This document shows, piece by piece, positions 51,080 through 61,852 of a DNA stretch of 64,000 bases (position 1 is the stretch's first letter; the number at the start of each line of letters is the position of its first letter). The notes under the pieces are model-generated. The model was not told the DNA's origin, ran no database searches, and saw only the letters and a list, made by a program, of their open reading frames with translations. Origin of the DNA: an uncultured Pseudomonadota bacterium. GTDB lineage: Bacteria; Vulcanimicrobiota; Vulcanimicrobiia; Eremiobacterales; Eremiobacteraceae. The stretch spans positions 1,952,001 to 2,016,000 of the forward strand of contig CAVTNB010000001.1 of assembly GCA_963736005.1 (NCBI GenBank). The letters run 5' to 3'. A program made the position numbers and the translations under genes.

Positions 51080-52760
51080 AGATAGACCATTCCCAAGGAT
51101 TCCAAAAGGTCGTGACCGCATGCGCGGGCTTATAGCCCCGAACGTCCGAGTTTGCGACGTCTTGTCTCACGTCGAACCACAGAACGATGATCGGGTCTTG
51201 CTGAGCTAAGATCTCCTGGATGCGATCGTAGGCGGCTTTTCGCTTTGCCCGATCGTAGACGCTTAGCGCGATATTTTCCGCAGCATCCAGGCGCCGGTCG
51301 CAGAAGCGGAAATAGTTGGACCCCCATGGCGGACGCTGATTGCACATAAAGATTTGGGAATCATCGGGGTCGACGCCGTTTGACCAGGAGTCAAAAAAAA
51401 CGTCAAACTTTCCGGTCCGGTAAATGCCGGCTGGACCTCCAAGCACATCGGTCGGGTATTGCTTGATGTCGACAACCGCACCGACCTTTTTCCAATCGTG
51501 TTGCACGAGCACCACCACGGCCGAGCCTAATGCGGCGCCCGTCGCGCTCACAAGCGTCAGCTCTAGGGGCTGTCCATTCTTTGAACGCACGCCATCGGGT
51601 CCAAGTTTCCATCCGGCATCGTCAAGCAATTTCGCAGCGCGAGCCGGATCGTAGGGATACTGCCTAACCTTTGGATCGAACGCCCACAAAAAAGGCGGCT
51701 GGTCGCTCCCTGCCGGCAAGTACCGTCCGTGCGTGAGGGCCGTTCCCATGCGCACAATGTTGGTTGCATAGTGGAGCGCCTCGCGCACGCGAGGGTCGCT
51801 CACGACGGGCCGTTCGGTATTAAAATCCAGCGACTCGAAACTTGTAAACGGAATTTGATAGACCTTGATCCCCGGCTCGCCGGTGAGCGCCGCAATTTGA
51901 TCGGCCGGCGCAGCAATTCGAAAATCAACTTCGTGCGTTCTGAACTGCGTCAAGATCGTGTCGTCATTTGGAATAATCTTGAAGATGATTTCTTTTAATC
52001 GCGGTGGGCCACGCCAATATGCGGCATTCGCGACCATGCGGATTTCTATGTCCTTTTCGTTCTCGATCACGCGAAATGGACCGGTGCCGATCGGCAAGTT
52101 GTTGAACGCCACCTGGTTGAGATCTGCGTAGCTCGAGAGCAGATGCTTGGGCAAGATGCTATACGTTGCATCCGCCGGCGCAAAGAAGGTCTCAACGAAG
52201 GGAGCGAAGGGCTTCTTCAAATGCACTCTGATGGTGAAGGCATTGAGTTTCTCGATCGACGCCACCGAGTCATAACCCATTCTGCTTTGGACGTTGTTGC
52301 GCGGGTTGAGCACCTGCCGCCACGAGAAGATGACGTCGTCCGCCGAAAACGGTGCGCCATCTTGCCATCGCACGCGCGGACGTAAATGATACGTGATGGT
52401 CAAACCGTCTTGGCTGATGCCTCCGTCTTGCTGTGTCGGCACCTGGGTGGCTAGTTCGGGGACGAGTTCGCTACGATCGTTCCAGCGAAAAAGATAAGCG
52501 CCCCAAAACATCGAGAGGTCGGTTGCCACTTGCCCGAAGGAGAGCATCGGATTGAGGTTATCTGGTTGACGCGTGTCCGCGATCCGAAGCACTCCGCGCA
52601 CGGTCCACGGGTTTGTTCCCGATCCAACGGCCGTCTCGTGCGGCCCGACCCGCGTGCAAGCAACCAACAGCACAAGCACAACCAAATGTAGTCGCGCGAA
52701 TTTATTCGCGCGCCCTTTCGCATGTAGCCGCGCGAATTTATTCGCGCGCCCTATCCTCAC
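51078..52760 (-). CDS. Peptide/nickel ABC transporter substrate-binding lipoprotein (SBP family 5)
   Basis: Lipobox LVAC; VPELA, WQDGAPFSADDV and PIGTGPF motifs; GTG start overlaps cvpA TGA. Confidence 0.92.
   Translation of the reverse strand: MRIGRANKFARLHAKGRANKFARLHLVVLVLLVACTRVGPHETAVGSGTNPWTVRGVLRIADTRQPDNLNPMLSFGQVATDLSMFWGAYLFRWNDRSELVPELATQVPTQQDGGISQDGLTITYHLRPRVRWQDGAPFSADDVIFSWRQVLNPRNNVQSRMGYDSVASIEKLNAFTIRVHLKKPFAPFVETFFAPADATYSILPKHLLSSYADLNQVAFNNLPIGTGPFRVIENEKDIEIRMVANAAYWRGPPRLKEIIFKIIPNDDTILTQFRTHEVDFRIAAPADQIAALTGEPGIKVYQIPFTSFESLDFNTERPVVSDPRVREALHYATNIVRMGTALTHGRYLPAGSDQPPFLWAFDPKVRQYPYDPARAAKLLDDAGWKLGPDGVRSKNGQPLELTLVSATGAALGSAVVVLVQHDWKKVGAVVDIKQYPTDVLGGPAGIYRTGKFDVFFDSWSNGVDPDDSQIFMCNQRPPWGSNYFRFCDRRLDAAENIALSVYDRAKRKAAYDRIQEILAQQDPIIVLWFDVRQDVANSDVRGYKPAHAVTTFWNPWEWSI
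52688..52748 (+). repeat. Two tandem family-A REPs inside the SBP 5' coding region
   Basis: GTAGTCGCGCGAATTTATTCGCGCG and GTAGCCGCGCGAATTTATTCGCGCG, 36-bp period. Confidence 0.9.
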
Positions 52761-53287
52761 AGATGGTGCCTAGCCAGAAACCACCGCTCCCATGGCCGCG
52801 CTCGACCGGGAAGCGAGGCGTCGATCATTGCATAGGCAGGGCTGTTGAGAGATTCAATCAGCGTCACCGTCGGCGAGTGACGGAGCGTCGTTCGAACATC
52901 CGGCGCCATTGGAAAGAACAGGCCGATAAACAAGATCAGCCACAGCGCAAGCACGGCCTTGGCGCACGCGACAATGCCGCCGCCCACACCGCTTGCCGCC
53001 TTCAAGACTGGCCGAGCAATGGTTCGTTCGGCTGCCCAACCCGCTAGTCGAGTCAACCCAAACGCAAACAAAAAGAGAAGCCAAAAGCCCGCAAGGTGCG
53101 CCGACGCTGGAGGAAGGCCAAAGCTGTGTTGGAGGCTTGGAGTCATGGTGCCGGCCAGCGCCCCGGCGATGACCCACGCCACGATAATGGATACCAAGCC
53201 AATAGCCTCGCCGACGAGGCCCACGCGATAGCCTCCCCAAAACGCGACCGCCAGAGTCAAGATGACGAGCCCGTCGGCCCAGGTCAC
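52757..53287 (-). CDS. cvpA: CvpA family membrane protein
   Basis: MTWAD..GYRVG..E pattern, 4-5 TM helices, downstream of pheT. Confidence 0.8.
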   Translation of the reverse strand: MTWADGLVILTLAVAFWGGYRVGLVGEAIGLVSIIVAWVIAGALAGTMTPSLQHSFGLPPASAHLAGFWLLFLFAFGLTRLAGWAAERTIARPVLKAASGVGGGIVACAKAVLALWLILFIGLFFPMAPDVRTTLRHSPTVTLIESLNSPAYAMIDASLPGRARPWERWFLARHHL

Positions 53288-53290
53288 AGA

Positions 53291-55740
53291 CTATTCACGA
53301 AGCGTAGCGCCAAAGCGATCCCGCAGGATCGCGACGATTGCATCCTTTGAAGCATTGGCTTCTTCATCCGTGATGGTTGCATCTGGTTTTCTCAAGGTCA
53401 CCGTCAACGCAATGCTTTTTTTCCCAGGTCCGATCTGCGGCCCTTGGTACTCGTCAAACGCGCGCACGCTCTCACAATATGGCGTACCACTGGATCGTAT
53501 GGCGTTCATGAAATCCCCTGCGGCAATGCTGGCGTCGACGACCACGGCGATATCGCGCTTGGTGGCCGGGAACTTCGGCAGTGGTCGATACTGAACCACG
53601 GGCTTGTATTGCGCCATATTCTCAAGATACAAAGCAAACGCATACGTGGTCTGCGGTAACTCGAATGCGCGCGCGAGTTTCGGGTGCACGCGTCCGAACT
53701 TGGCGACAACGCGATCCCCCGAACGCAACACCCCGGCCGCACCCGGATGAAAATACGCGCGCTCGCGTTGCTCGGTCAAAAGTTCGCCTTGTGTCAGCGA
53801 GTGCACAATTGTTTCGACGTCACCCTTCATTTCGAGCAGGTGTCGATCCAGCGCAGACTCCGAATCGTCTTCTCCAAACGCAACCAGACCGGCGAGCGAC
53901 GGCCACTCGATCACGCCGTTGTCGGTGTAGACGCCGGCGTGCGGCTTCGCGGCGGGTGAGTCGCCCGGGGCAATCGGATGGAAGATGTGACCAATTTCAA
54001 AAAGCCGCAACTCACCTGCAGCGCCTGGCCACCATTTCGCAGCGGCCACCAGCAGACCGGGCAGCAAACTGGGCCGCAAGAAGCGTTGGTCTTCGGAGAG
54101 TGGGTTTCTCACCGTCACCACGTCGCTCCAATATGGAAGGCCGGAGCGTTCCCAAGCTGCAATCGTCTTGGCGCCTTGGAGCGGGATGCTCACGATCTCG
54201 TGATAACCCAGTGCGGCAACGCTTCTCGAAAGCGCGGATTCTTGGTCGTAGAGACCCTCGTCGACTACCTGCGGTGCCGCCAGCACGCGCACCTCGGGAA
54301 TCGCATCGTATCCAATGCCTCTGGCAATCTCCTCGATCACGTCAACTTCTTCGCCGACATCGGGGCGCCAGTAGGGCACCGTTACCTCGAGTTCCGCGTC
54401 ACCTTGTGCTTCCAAGTCGATGGCGCGCAGTGCTTCTTTCATTTGCGCAACTGAGAAGGCTGACCCGAGCAGACGATTGACGCGCGAGGCTCGGGCACGC
54501 ACGCGGCGCAGCGGCCCCGGTTGCTCGCCTACTTCGAGAACTCGGCTGGGCTTTGCACCGGCTTGGATGAGCAATTGTGCCGCACGCTTTCGACCGACTT
54601 CCGGGAGTTCGAGTGGGAGATCTTTTTCATGCCGAAGGGCGCCTTCTGTGCGCAAGCCGAGCGCGATCGAGGCTCGGCGCACGCGCTTTCCGACGAAGTT
54701 GGGAGACTCCACGACAAGCTCTTGCGTCTGCATCGTCACGCCAGAGTCCGCTCCGCCCATGATACCAGCGATGCCAATGGGTCCTTCGCCGTCAGCGATG
54801 ACCGGCGTCCCCACCGGGAGCATGCGCTCCACGCCATCGAGCGTCACAACTTTCTCACCATCCCGCGCAGCGCGCGCCACGATCTTTCCGCCACGGATTT
54901 TCGCGGCGTCGTAGAAATGTAGTGGCTGTCCTGTCTCGATCTGGACGAAATTTGAAATGTCGACGAGCAGGTTCAAGCTGCGCACGCCCGCAGCGGCCAA
55001 GCGCAGCGCCATCCACATGGGTGCCCGACGGTTCGATATCCCTGAAAAGCACTGTCCGAGCAGCCGCCGGCAGATTGCTGGATCCTCGATGGCAACGGTA
55101 ATCGCGCACGGCGCGTCGCCGGTTCCCTGATCGAGAGCGAGCGGCCGAAACGGAGCGCGCAACCCGGCTGCCGCTTCCCGCGCAAGGCCAACGATCGAAA
55201 GTCCGTCTGGACGGTTTGAGGGAACGTCCACGTCCAAAACGGCGTCACCAAAGCGCGCCACGTGCCAAAAATCTTTACCCACTGGCGCGTCATCTTCCAT
55301 GATCAGAATTCCATCGTCGTAGTCGCCTGGCAACGCGAGCTCGTCGGGCGAGCACATCATGCCGTTTGACTCGACTCCCCGCAGCGTGCTGCGTTCGATT
55401 CGTTTGGTCTCGGTGGGGACACCGTCCCCCGCCGCGCTCCACGCGCGTAGACGACCGAACCAACAACGGCAATGGGCACTTTATTGCCCACGGCAACATT
55501 GGTTGCGCCCGTGACGATTTGGAGCTTCTCGCTCCCGATGTCGACCGTGCTGAGCAGCAGTCGATCGGCGTTAGGATGCCGGGCGAGCTTCTCAATTTTG
55601 CCGACGACAATCCGCTGCGGCGTTGGCTGAACTGCCATGCCGTCGACCGCAAAGCCGCGCTGCGTCAGCGCACTGGCAAACGCGTCGGGCGCCGCGTCGG
55701 TTTCAATGAAATCGCGCAGCCACGAAACGGGGACGCGCAT
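53291..55740 (-). CDS. pheT: Phenylalanine--tRNA ligase beta subunit (frameshift near 55400-55440)
   Basis: MRVPVSWLRDF, HPNADRL, NRPDGLSIVG, ETGQPLH and KFPATKRDIA motifs across two frames. Confidence 0.95.
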
Positions 55741-56762
55741 CAGGCAAATTGCTCCACAAAGCCGGGATCGTTATCCGTGAACAGACGAATGTCATCGATG
55801 CCATTGCGCACCATCGCGATGCGCTCGATACCCAAGCCGAAAGCCCAACCCGTGTAGATCTCCGGATCGTATCCGGCGGTCTTGAGCACGTGCGGATGGA
55901 CCATGCCGCAGCCGCCCATCTCGAGCCAGCCTGAGCCGCCGCAGGTGCGACACCCCGCTCCATCACACACAGGACACGAGACATCAACCTCCGCTGACGG
56001 TTCCGTGAACTGAAAATACGAGGGTCGAAAACGCGTCCGGCGCGAGTGACCGTACAGATGGCGGCACAGGTCGCTGACAAACCCCTTGAGGTGACCAAAC
56101 GTAATGCCGCGGTCGATGTGCAATCCTTCGAACTGATGGAAAGCAAAAGCGTGCCTCGCATCCAACGCATCGCGACGGTACGCCCGACCTGGCACCAAGA
56201 TAGCGATGGGCGGCGGATACTCGAGCATCGCTCGCACCTGCATAGGTGAGGTGTGCGTTCGCAGCAGCGCCTCCGACGATAAATAGAACGTGTCCATGGC
56301 ATCGCGGGCGGGGTGATCGGCTGGTATGTTCATGACCTCAAAGTTGTAGTACTCGGTTTCAACTTCGGGGCCCATGACGATCGCAAACCCTCGGCTGCGA
56401 AAAAACATCGCGACGTCATCGAGGGCCTGGCGCAAGATGTGCAACGAACCGCGCTTGGGTTCGCTGCCTGGGAACGTCACGTCGAAGCGTCGGGCGAGCG
56501 CTTTCTCGAGGGCGGCATCAGAGAGCCGCAGCATCAGCCGTTCGAAGTGCTCCTCGATGCGCGCCTTCGTCTCGTTGGCTCGCCGGCCAAACTCGGCCCG
56601 CTCTTCCTTTGGGAGCTTGCCGACCCCAGACATAATTTGGGAAAGCCGGCCGCCTTTGCGGCCTAAAATGTCGGTTCGCAGCGCCTCGAGATCTTGCGCC
56701 GTCCGAACCTCGGCAGCTCGGCGCTCGACTTCGGCTTCCAACGCCGCTAGTTGATCGTCCAC
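55740..56762 (-). CDS. pheS: Phenylalanine--tRNA ligase alpha subunit
   Basis: HPARDAMDTF, LLRTHTSPMQ, FQFTEPSAE and GWAFGLGIER motifs. Confidence 0.97.
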   Translation of the reverse strand: MDDQLAALEAEVERRAAEVRTAQDLEALRTDILGRKGGRLSQIMSGVGKLPKEERAEFGRRANETKARIEEHFERLMLRLSDAALEKALARRFDVTFPGSEPKRGSLHILRQALDDVAMFFRSRGFAIVMGPEVETEYYNFEVMNIPADHPARDAMDTFYLSSEALLRTHTSPMQVRAMLEYPPPIAILVPGRAYRRDALDARHAFAFHQFEGLHIDRGITFGHLKGFVSDLCRHLYGHSRRTRFRPSYFQFTEPSAEVDVSCPVCDGAGCRTCGGSGWLEMGGCGMVHPHVLKTAGYDPEIYTGWAFGLGIERIAMVRNGIDDIRLFTDNDPGFVEQFA

Positions 56763-56777
56763 ACGCGCTCCCAGCCC

Positions 56778-56815
56778 AAAAAAAGAAGAAGGCCGCGTTC
56801 TCTGCGGCCACTTCC
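56778..56815 (-). terminator. Intrinsic terminator immediately upstream of pheS
   Basis: Minus strand GGCCGC-AGAGAAC-GCGGCC followed by TTCTTCTTTTTTT. Confidence 0.75.
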
Positions 56816-56852
56816 TATTAAAGCCCTCGCGCGCCCTGCACCGGTGTAGGTG

Positions 56853-56954
56853 CTAACGCGAATCTTGGGGTGCCATCCGCTTATAAAGCAAATAAGCCTT
56901 GATCGAACCAGTTGTAAGAAAGAGTTTCCAGAACAGTGCGGGAGAGAGTAGCAG
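56853..56954 (-). CDS. YqzL-like small protein (33 aa, CTG start)
   Basis: AGGAGG RBS 9 nt before CTG; MLLSPALFWKLFLTTGSIKAYLLYKRMAPQDSR matches the YqzL pattern W.F..TG.I..YLL.K. Confidence 0.7.
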   Translation of the reverse strand: MLLSPALFWKLFLTTGSIKAYLLYKRMAPQDSR

Positions 56955-57047
56955 TGTCGCCGACCTCCTTATGTTCCTACTAGTTCACCGGGCATTAGTA
57001 TATCATAGGAGGCGAAAAGGAAGCAAGGTCGCTTGGGGGCTTGACAT

Positions 57048-57880
57048 TTACGTATCATTCGTTCTCGCATGTGCGGGTCCAAGGAGCCCATGCGCACGAG
57101 CGAGCTCGTAGAGTAAAATCGCGCCGGCAACCGATGCGTTCAAAGACTCAACGGCAGTCGTTTGCGGGATAGCCAGGATACGTTCGAAATCGCCAACGGG
57201 AATTTGTGCCAAGCCACGCCGCTCTTGGCCGACAACCAACGCAACGCGTGCGGGCAATGTGACCGACCTCACATCCACCCCATCGGTCCCACTGCCAACA
57301 ATGGCAAGATGCGCCGCTCGGGCTTGGGTAGCTAGCGCCTCCCAGGACGTAAAACCCACGATGGGAACGCGAAAGATCGAACCCATGGATGCCCGCACGA
57401 CCTTGGCATTGTACGGCTCGACTGTGTGGGGTCCAAAGCAAACCGAGGCTGCCCCGAAGGCCTCGGCCGCACGGATCGAGCGTGCCGGCATTGCCGGGAT
57501 CCGATAGGTTGGGCAAGACGAGCACGGTGGTTGGGTTGCTCGCGGCGACGAGGGCGGGGAGCTCCGCGATATCATGGTGGAGGAACCCGGCAACCGCGAC
57601 GATTCCCTGGGGGGCTTGCGTCTGCGCAAGTGAATCGATCGTCCGTCGATCGACAACGTGGATTGGGACTTGGGCCTGGTTCAGCCGCGCAAGCAGTTCG
57701 TCTGAAAGTTCATCGCGCAGGGCAAAGACCCGTTCGACCCCCGTGCCAGCGTCGAGCGCTCGCCCAGCAGCTGCACGCCCTCAATGAGAAAGCACCGTCG
57801 TTCGTGGCGGTGCTTTTTTTGTGCAGTAGGCGCGCGGCGCGGACCGTGCGTGCTGTGAAAGCCGCGCTCGCCTCGGCCAC
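57048..57880 (-). CDS. TrmH/SpoU family RNA methyltransferase (frameshifted)
   Basis: LSDPGNAGTL, KVVRASMG, GQERRG and ESLNASVA motifs across frames. Confidence 0.85.
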
Positions 57881-57887
57881 GAACCCG

Positions 57888-58260
57888 CTACGCGCCGCGG
57901 CGTTCGCGGGCGGATGCTTCTTTGCGATCTCGAGCAACGCGGTGAACGCTGCATGGTCATTGATTGCGAGATCGGCCAGCATCTTGCGGTTGAGGTTGCA
58001 GTCCCTCTTTGCGTAGACCGCTCACGAGCCGGTTATAATTGAGACCCTCGCATCGTGCCGCTGCGTTGATGCGCGTGATCCACAGCGCGCGGAAGTCGCG
58101 CTTGCGGACGCGCCGGTCGCGAAACGCGTAGATGAGCGAGTGCAGCAGCGCTTCGTTCGCGGCTTTGTACGTGCGGCCGCGGGCGCCGCGAAAATCCTTT
58201 GCCGCTTTGAGCACTTGCTTCGCTTCTTGAGCGCGATCACCCGCGTTTGACGCGTGCCAT
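57888..58260 (-). CDS. rplT: 50S ribosomal protein L20 (frameshifted)
   Basis: [33 protein letters not shown] and NRKMLADLA motifs. Confidence 0.92.
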
Positions 58261-58304
58261 GATCGTGCTCTCCTCGCACTTGACGCGCACGGCGAACTCG
58301 CCGT

Positions 58305-58499
58305 TCATGCGTAGGCAGATGGCTGACGTCGGTCGGTATTGTCGGCCACGACCTGCTTGCGGAACTTGCGGATCCGCTTGGGGGACTTCTTGGTCAAGAT
58401 GTGGCTGCATCCCGAGAACTGCCGCTCGCGCACGAACTTGCCGGTGCCCGTCACCTTGACGCGCTTCGCCGCCCCACGGTGTGTTTTCAGTTTTGGCAT
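58305..58499 (-). CDS. rpmI: 50S ribosomal protein L35
   Basis: [18 protein letters not shown]; 3' end appears garbled. Confidence 0.92.
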   Translation of the reverse strand: MPKLKTHRGAAKRVKVTGTGKFVRERQFSGCSHILTKKSPKRIRKFRKQVVADNTDRRQPSAYA

Positions 58500-58507
58500 T
58501 CGTTTCC

Positions 58508-59079
58508 TCACGCTCGGGTGCTTCGGCCTGGGGCGAGCGCTGCTTTGCGCGGTCGCGCGGCGACGACTTCCTGCTTGGGCGAGAGGATCATGAACATGTT
58601 GCGGCCCTCAAGCCGTGGCTCGCGCTCGACGACTCGCGATCTTCGCGGTGTCGGCGACCACGCGGTCGAGCAGCCGTCGTCCGTGCTGTGAATAGGAGAT
58701 CTCGCGACCGCGGAACATGATCGTCACTTTCACCTTGTCGCCGTCTTGAACAGCAGCCGCTCGGCGGTGCGGAACTTCATTTGGTAGTCGTGCTCCTCGA
58801 TCTTCGGGCGCAGCTTGACTTCGTTGAGCTCCATGTTATGCGCTTTCTTGCGCGCCTCTCGGTCTTTCTTGTTCTGTTCGTAGCGTAGTCGTCCATAGTC
58901 ATCAAGCCGGCAAACGGGTGGCACTGCGGTTGGCGAGACTTCGATCAGGTCAACGCCCCGTTCGCGGGCGAGGGAAGGCGCTCGCAGGTGGACATGATGC
59001 CGAGTTGTGCACCGTCGTCCGCGATAACGCGGACTTGGGGCACGCGAATCTGCTCGTTGACGCGGAAATGCCGGCTAAT
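58508..59079 (-). CDS. infC: Translation initiation factor IF-3 (AUU start; frameshifted)
   Basis: ATT at 59079 with GGGAG RBS, then [35 protein letters not shown] and [14 protein letters not shown]. Confidence 0.92.
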
Positions 59080-59149
59080 GGGCGACGCGCTCCCGCTGCT
59101 ATCGGTTTAGGTAAGACTTCTCCCGGTAACAGCGGACCTTAGTCCGCGG

Positions 59150-59275
59150 CAAACAAAAAAGCCCGCAGACGCAGGCCCACACCTGACGAAACAAACGAAT
59201 GATTTCGCTGCCTTCGTCTTTCTAACCGAACTGGCAGCCGATGGATGCCGTCCGGTGCGAAGGGTAGTCGTTGCC
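59150..59275 (-). ncRNA. Putative L20-leader-type cis-regulatory RNA with terminator
   Basis: GCACCGGACGG pairs with TCGTCAGGTGT; terminator-like GCGGGCTTTTTT; lies upstream of infC-rpmI-rplT. Confidence 0.6.
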
Positions 59276-59279
59276 TCGG

Positions 59280-59307
59280 ATTATAACAAGGGGCCCCAGG
59301 CGGTCAA
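59280..59307 (-). promoter_or_regulatory. Sigma70-type promoter of the infC operon
   Basis: Minus strand TTGACC-N16-TATAAT. Confidence 0.65.
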
Positions 59308-59325
59308 GGCAACATCGCGCAGCAT

Positions 59326-59411
59326 GTAGCAGCGGACCTTCAGGTCCGCTCCGCGTGCTTGGCGCGTCAATTCGGGACACCAACAAGGCGGACCTAAAGG
59401 TGCGCCGCTAC
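59326..59411. repeat. Inverted REP doublet, family B
   Basis: GTAGCAGCGGACCTTCAGGTCCGCT ... GGCGGACCTAAAGGTGCGCCGCTAC; a decayed copy lies at 59126-59147. Confidence 0.85.
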
Positions 59412-59413
59412 AT

Positions 59414-60045
59414 ATGAGCGCCGATAAGCGCCAAAGGTCGGACTTGGCGGTGGCACGAAGAACGTCAGTAGTGGTAAAAGAAGACTATAACACGCCGCAT
59501 CCATGGCAAAAAAAGCGATCCGACGAGCGAAAGATCGGACTCGTGATGGTCAATACCGGGCCAGGGAAGGGCAAGACGACAGCAGCGCTAGGGGTCGCCC
59601 TGCGGGCCATCGGCCACCATGCCCCGTGAAGATGATTCAGTTCATGAAGGGCGATCCTTTTTACGGCGAGATTCTCATACGGGAGCGCCTGCCTGACCTT
59701 GAGTCGAGCAGTACGGCCTCGACCGCTTCGTGGATCCCAAGAACCCGGAACCCGAGCAAGTCGAGCGTGCACGCGGGGCTTTAGGGTGGCGAGCGAAGCC
59801 GTCATGTCGGGCCAGTACCATGTCGTGATTCTTGATGAAATTAACGTCGCGATGTCGTTCGGCTTGGTCGACACGAGTACCGTGCTTGACCTCCTCACCG
59901 CAAACCCGCGCATGTTGAAGTCATTCTAACCGGGCGCGACGTCCCTCCAGCGATCGCGGAGGTGGCCGACTATGTCAATGTCGTTAAGGATGTCAAACAC
60001 CCTTACGAAAAGAACGTTCCGGCTCGCGTTGGAATCGAGTTCTAG
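59414..60045 (+). CDS. cobO: Cob(I)alamin adenosyltransferase CobO/BtuR (frameshifted)
   Basis: NTGPGKGKTTAALG, IQFMKG, VILDEIN, LTGR and KHPY..GIEF motifs. Confidence 0.88.
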
Positions 60046-60057
60046 CCGATGAATAAG

Positions 60058-60115
60058 GTAGTCGCGCGAATTTATTCGCACGCAAGCCATGTAGTCGCGC
60101 GAATTTATTCGCGCG
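60058..60115 (+). repeat. Two tandem family-A REPs
   Basis: GTAGTCGCGCGAATTTATTCGCACG and GTAGTCGCGCGAATTTATTCGCGCG, 33-bp period. Confidence 0.9.
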
Positions 60116-60140
60116 GGTTCGAGGAAGAGCAGCAAAGCCC

Positions 60141-61850
60141 GTGAGTGTAAAAAAGAGCAAAACCAACGGCACGCCAGCCAACGGCGAAGCAAACCTAGGG
60201 ACCAAAGGCAAACTCGCCGGTAAAGAGCTATGGCAAGAGCAGTTCGACACCGCTCCAAAGCGGGCCGGCGCGAACGATCGCACGATTTCCGATCACCCCT
60301 CAAGCCGATGTACGGGCCCGAGGATCTCGCGGGCTCGACTACGATCGCGATCTTTCGTATCCAGGCCAGTATCCGTACACGCGCGGCATCCATCCGACGA
60401 TGCATCGCGGCCGGCTGTGGACGATGCGCCAGTTCGCAGGCTTCGGCAACCGCCAAACAGACCAACGAACGCTATAAGTTCTTGCTATCGGCAAGGGCAG
60501 ACCGGATTATCGGTCGCGTTCGACATGCCCGCGCTCATGGGATATGACTCCGACCATCCGCGCGCACTTGGCGAAGTCGGCAAGTGCGGCGTCGCGATCG
60601 CGACCTTGCAAGACATGCAAGATCTATTCGCCGGCATCGACCTTGGCTCGATCACGACCTCAATGACGATCAACTGCACCGCGCCCGTGGCGCTTGCGAT
60701 GTACATCGCGACCGCCGAGGCGCAGGGCGTGTCGCAAGAGCGACTCGGCGGCACCATGCAGGCCGACATGCTCAAAGAGTACATCGCGCAGAAGGAGTGG
60801 ATCTACCCGCCCGAGCCCTCGATGCGCATCATCACCGACATGATGGCGTATTGCGCCAAACACGTGCCGAAGTGGAACACGATCTCCATCTCGGGCTACC
60901 ATATCCGCGAAGCAGGTTCGACCGCCGCGCAAGAGCTCGCGTTCACCCTGGCTGACGGCTTCGCGTACGTCGAAGCCGGCATCGCGGCCGGTATGGACGT
61001 CGACGAGTTCGCACCGCGTCTGTCGTTCTTCTTCAATTCGCATTCGGACTTCTTCGAAGAGATTGCCAAGTTCCGCGCCGCGCGCCGCATCTGGGCGCGT
61101 CACATGCGCGAGAAGTACGGCGCCAAAGAGCCCGCGCTCGTGGGCGCTGCGCTTCCACACGCAGACCGCTGGCTGTTCGGCGACGGCGCAGCAGCCCGAG
61201 AACAACATCATGCGCACCGCCTTCCAGGCGCTGGCGGCAGTGCCTGGGCGGCACGCAATCGCTGCACACCAATTCGCTCGACGAAGTGCTCGCATTGCCC
61301 ACCAAGAAGAACGTGGCGATCGCGCTGCGGACGCAGCAGATCATCGCCTACGAGACCGGCGTGGGAACGTCATCGACCCGCTGGGCGGCTCGTACTTCGT
61401 CGAAAAGCTGACCGACGAACTCGAAGCGGCCGCCGAGGATTACTTCCGGCGCATCGACGAGCATGGCGGCGTCATCCCCGCCATCCAAACGGGTTCTTCC
61501 AGCGCGAGATCGCCGACGCCGCCTACGTCTACCAGCGCGAGATCGAAAACGGCGAGCGCATCGTGGTCGGGGTCAACGATTTCGTGGTCGAAGAAGAGCA
61601 GCAGATCTCACTGCTCAAAATCGATCGCGCCATCGAGATCGAGCAGTGCGAGCGGGTGCAGGCCTATCGTGCCTCACGCGACGCCGGCAAGGTCGAATCG
61701 GCACTGGCCGCGTTCAAGCGCGCCGCTGAAAGCGGCGAGAACCTGATGCCGCACTATCTCAACTGCGTCAAGAGCAAAGCGACGCTGGGCGAGATATCCG
61801 AAGCGCTCGTGCCGATCTTCGGCCGCTACCGCGAGCCGGCGTTCATCTAG
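60141..61850 (+). CDS. B12-dependent acyl-CoA mutase large subunit, isobutyryl-CoA mutase-like (frameshifted)
   Basis: [47 protein letters not shown] and DPLGGSY motifs. Confidence 0.88.
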   Translation: MSVKKSKTNGTPANGEANLGTKGKLAGKELWQEQFDTAPKRAGANDRTISDHPSSRCTGPRISRARLRSRSFVSRPVSVHARHPSDDASRPAVDDAPVRRLRQPPNRPTNAISSCYRQGQTGLSVAFDMPALMGYDSDHPRALGEVGKCGVAIATLQDMQDLFAGIDLGSITTSMTINCTAPVALAMYIATAEAQGVSQERLGGTMQADMLKEYIAQKEWIYPPEPSMRIITDMMAYCAKHVPKWNTISISGYHIREAGSTAAQELAFTLADGFAYVEAGIAAGMDVDEFAPRLSFFFNSHSDFFEEIAKFRAARRIWARHMREKYGAKEPALVGAALPHADRWLFGDGAAAREQHHAHRLPGAGGSAWAARNRCTPIRSTKCSHCPPRRTWRSRCGRSRSSPTRPAWERHRPAGRLVLRRKADRRTRSGRRGLLPAHRRAWRRHPRHPNGFFQREIADAAYVYQREIENGERIVVGVNDFVVEEEQQISLLKIDRAIEIEQCERVQAYRASRDAGKVESALAAFKRAAESGENLMPHYLNCVKSKATLGEISEALVPIFGRYREPAFI

Positions 61851-61852
61851 CC

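Noticed and set aside
53945..53975. Palindromic insertion in pheT (CGGGTGAGTCGCCCG)
   Set aside because: Short, imperfect, lacks GTAG and the 25-bp geometry; expected by chance in GC-rich DNA.
56860..56885. T-box antiterminator (GGATGGCACC on the minus strand) upstream of pheS
   Set aside because: Only a partial resemblance. It lies within the YqzL-like ORF, and I could find no stem I, specifier loop or pairing with the terminator.
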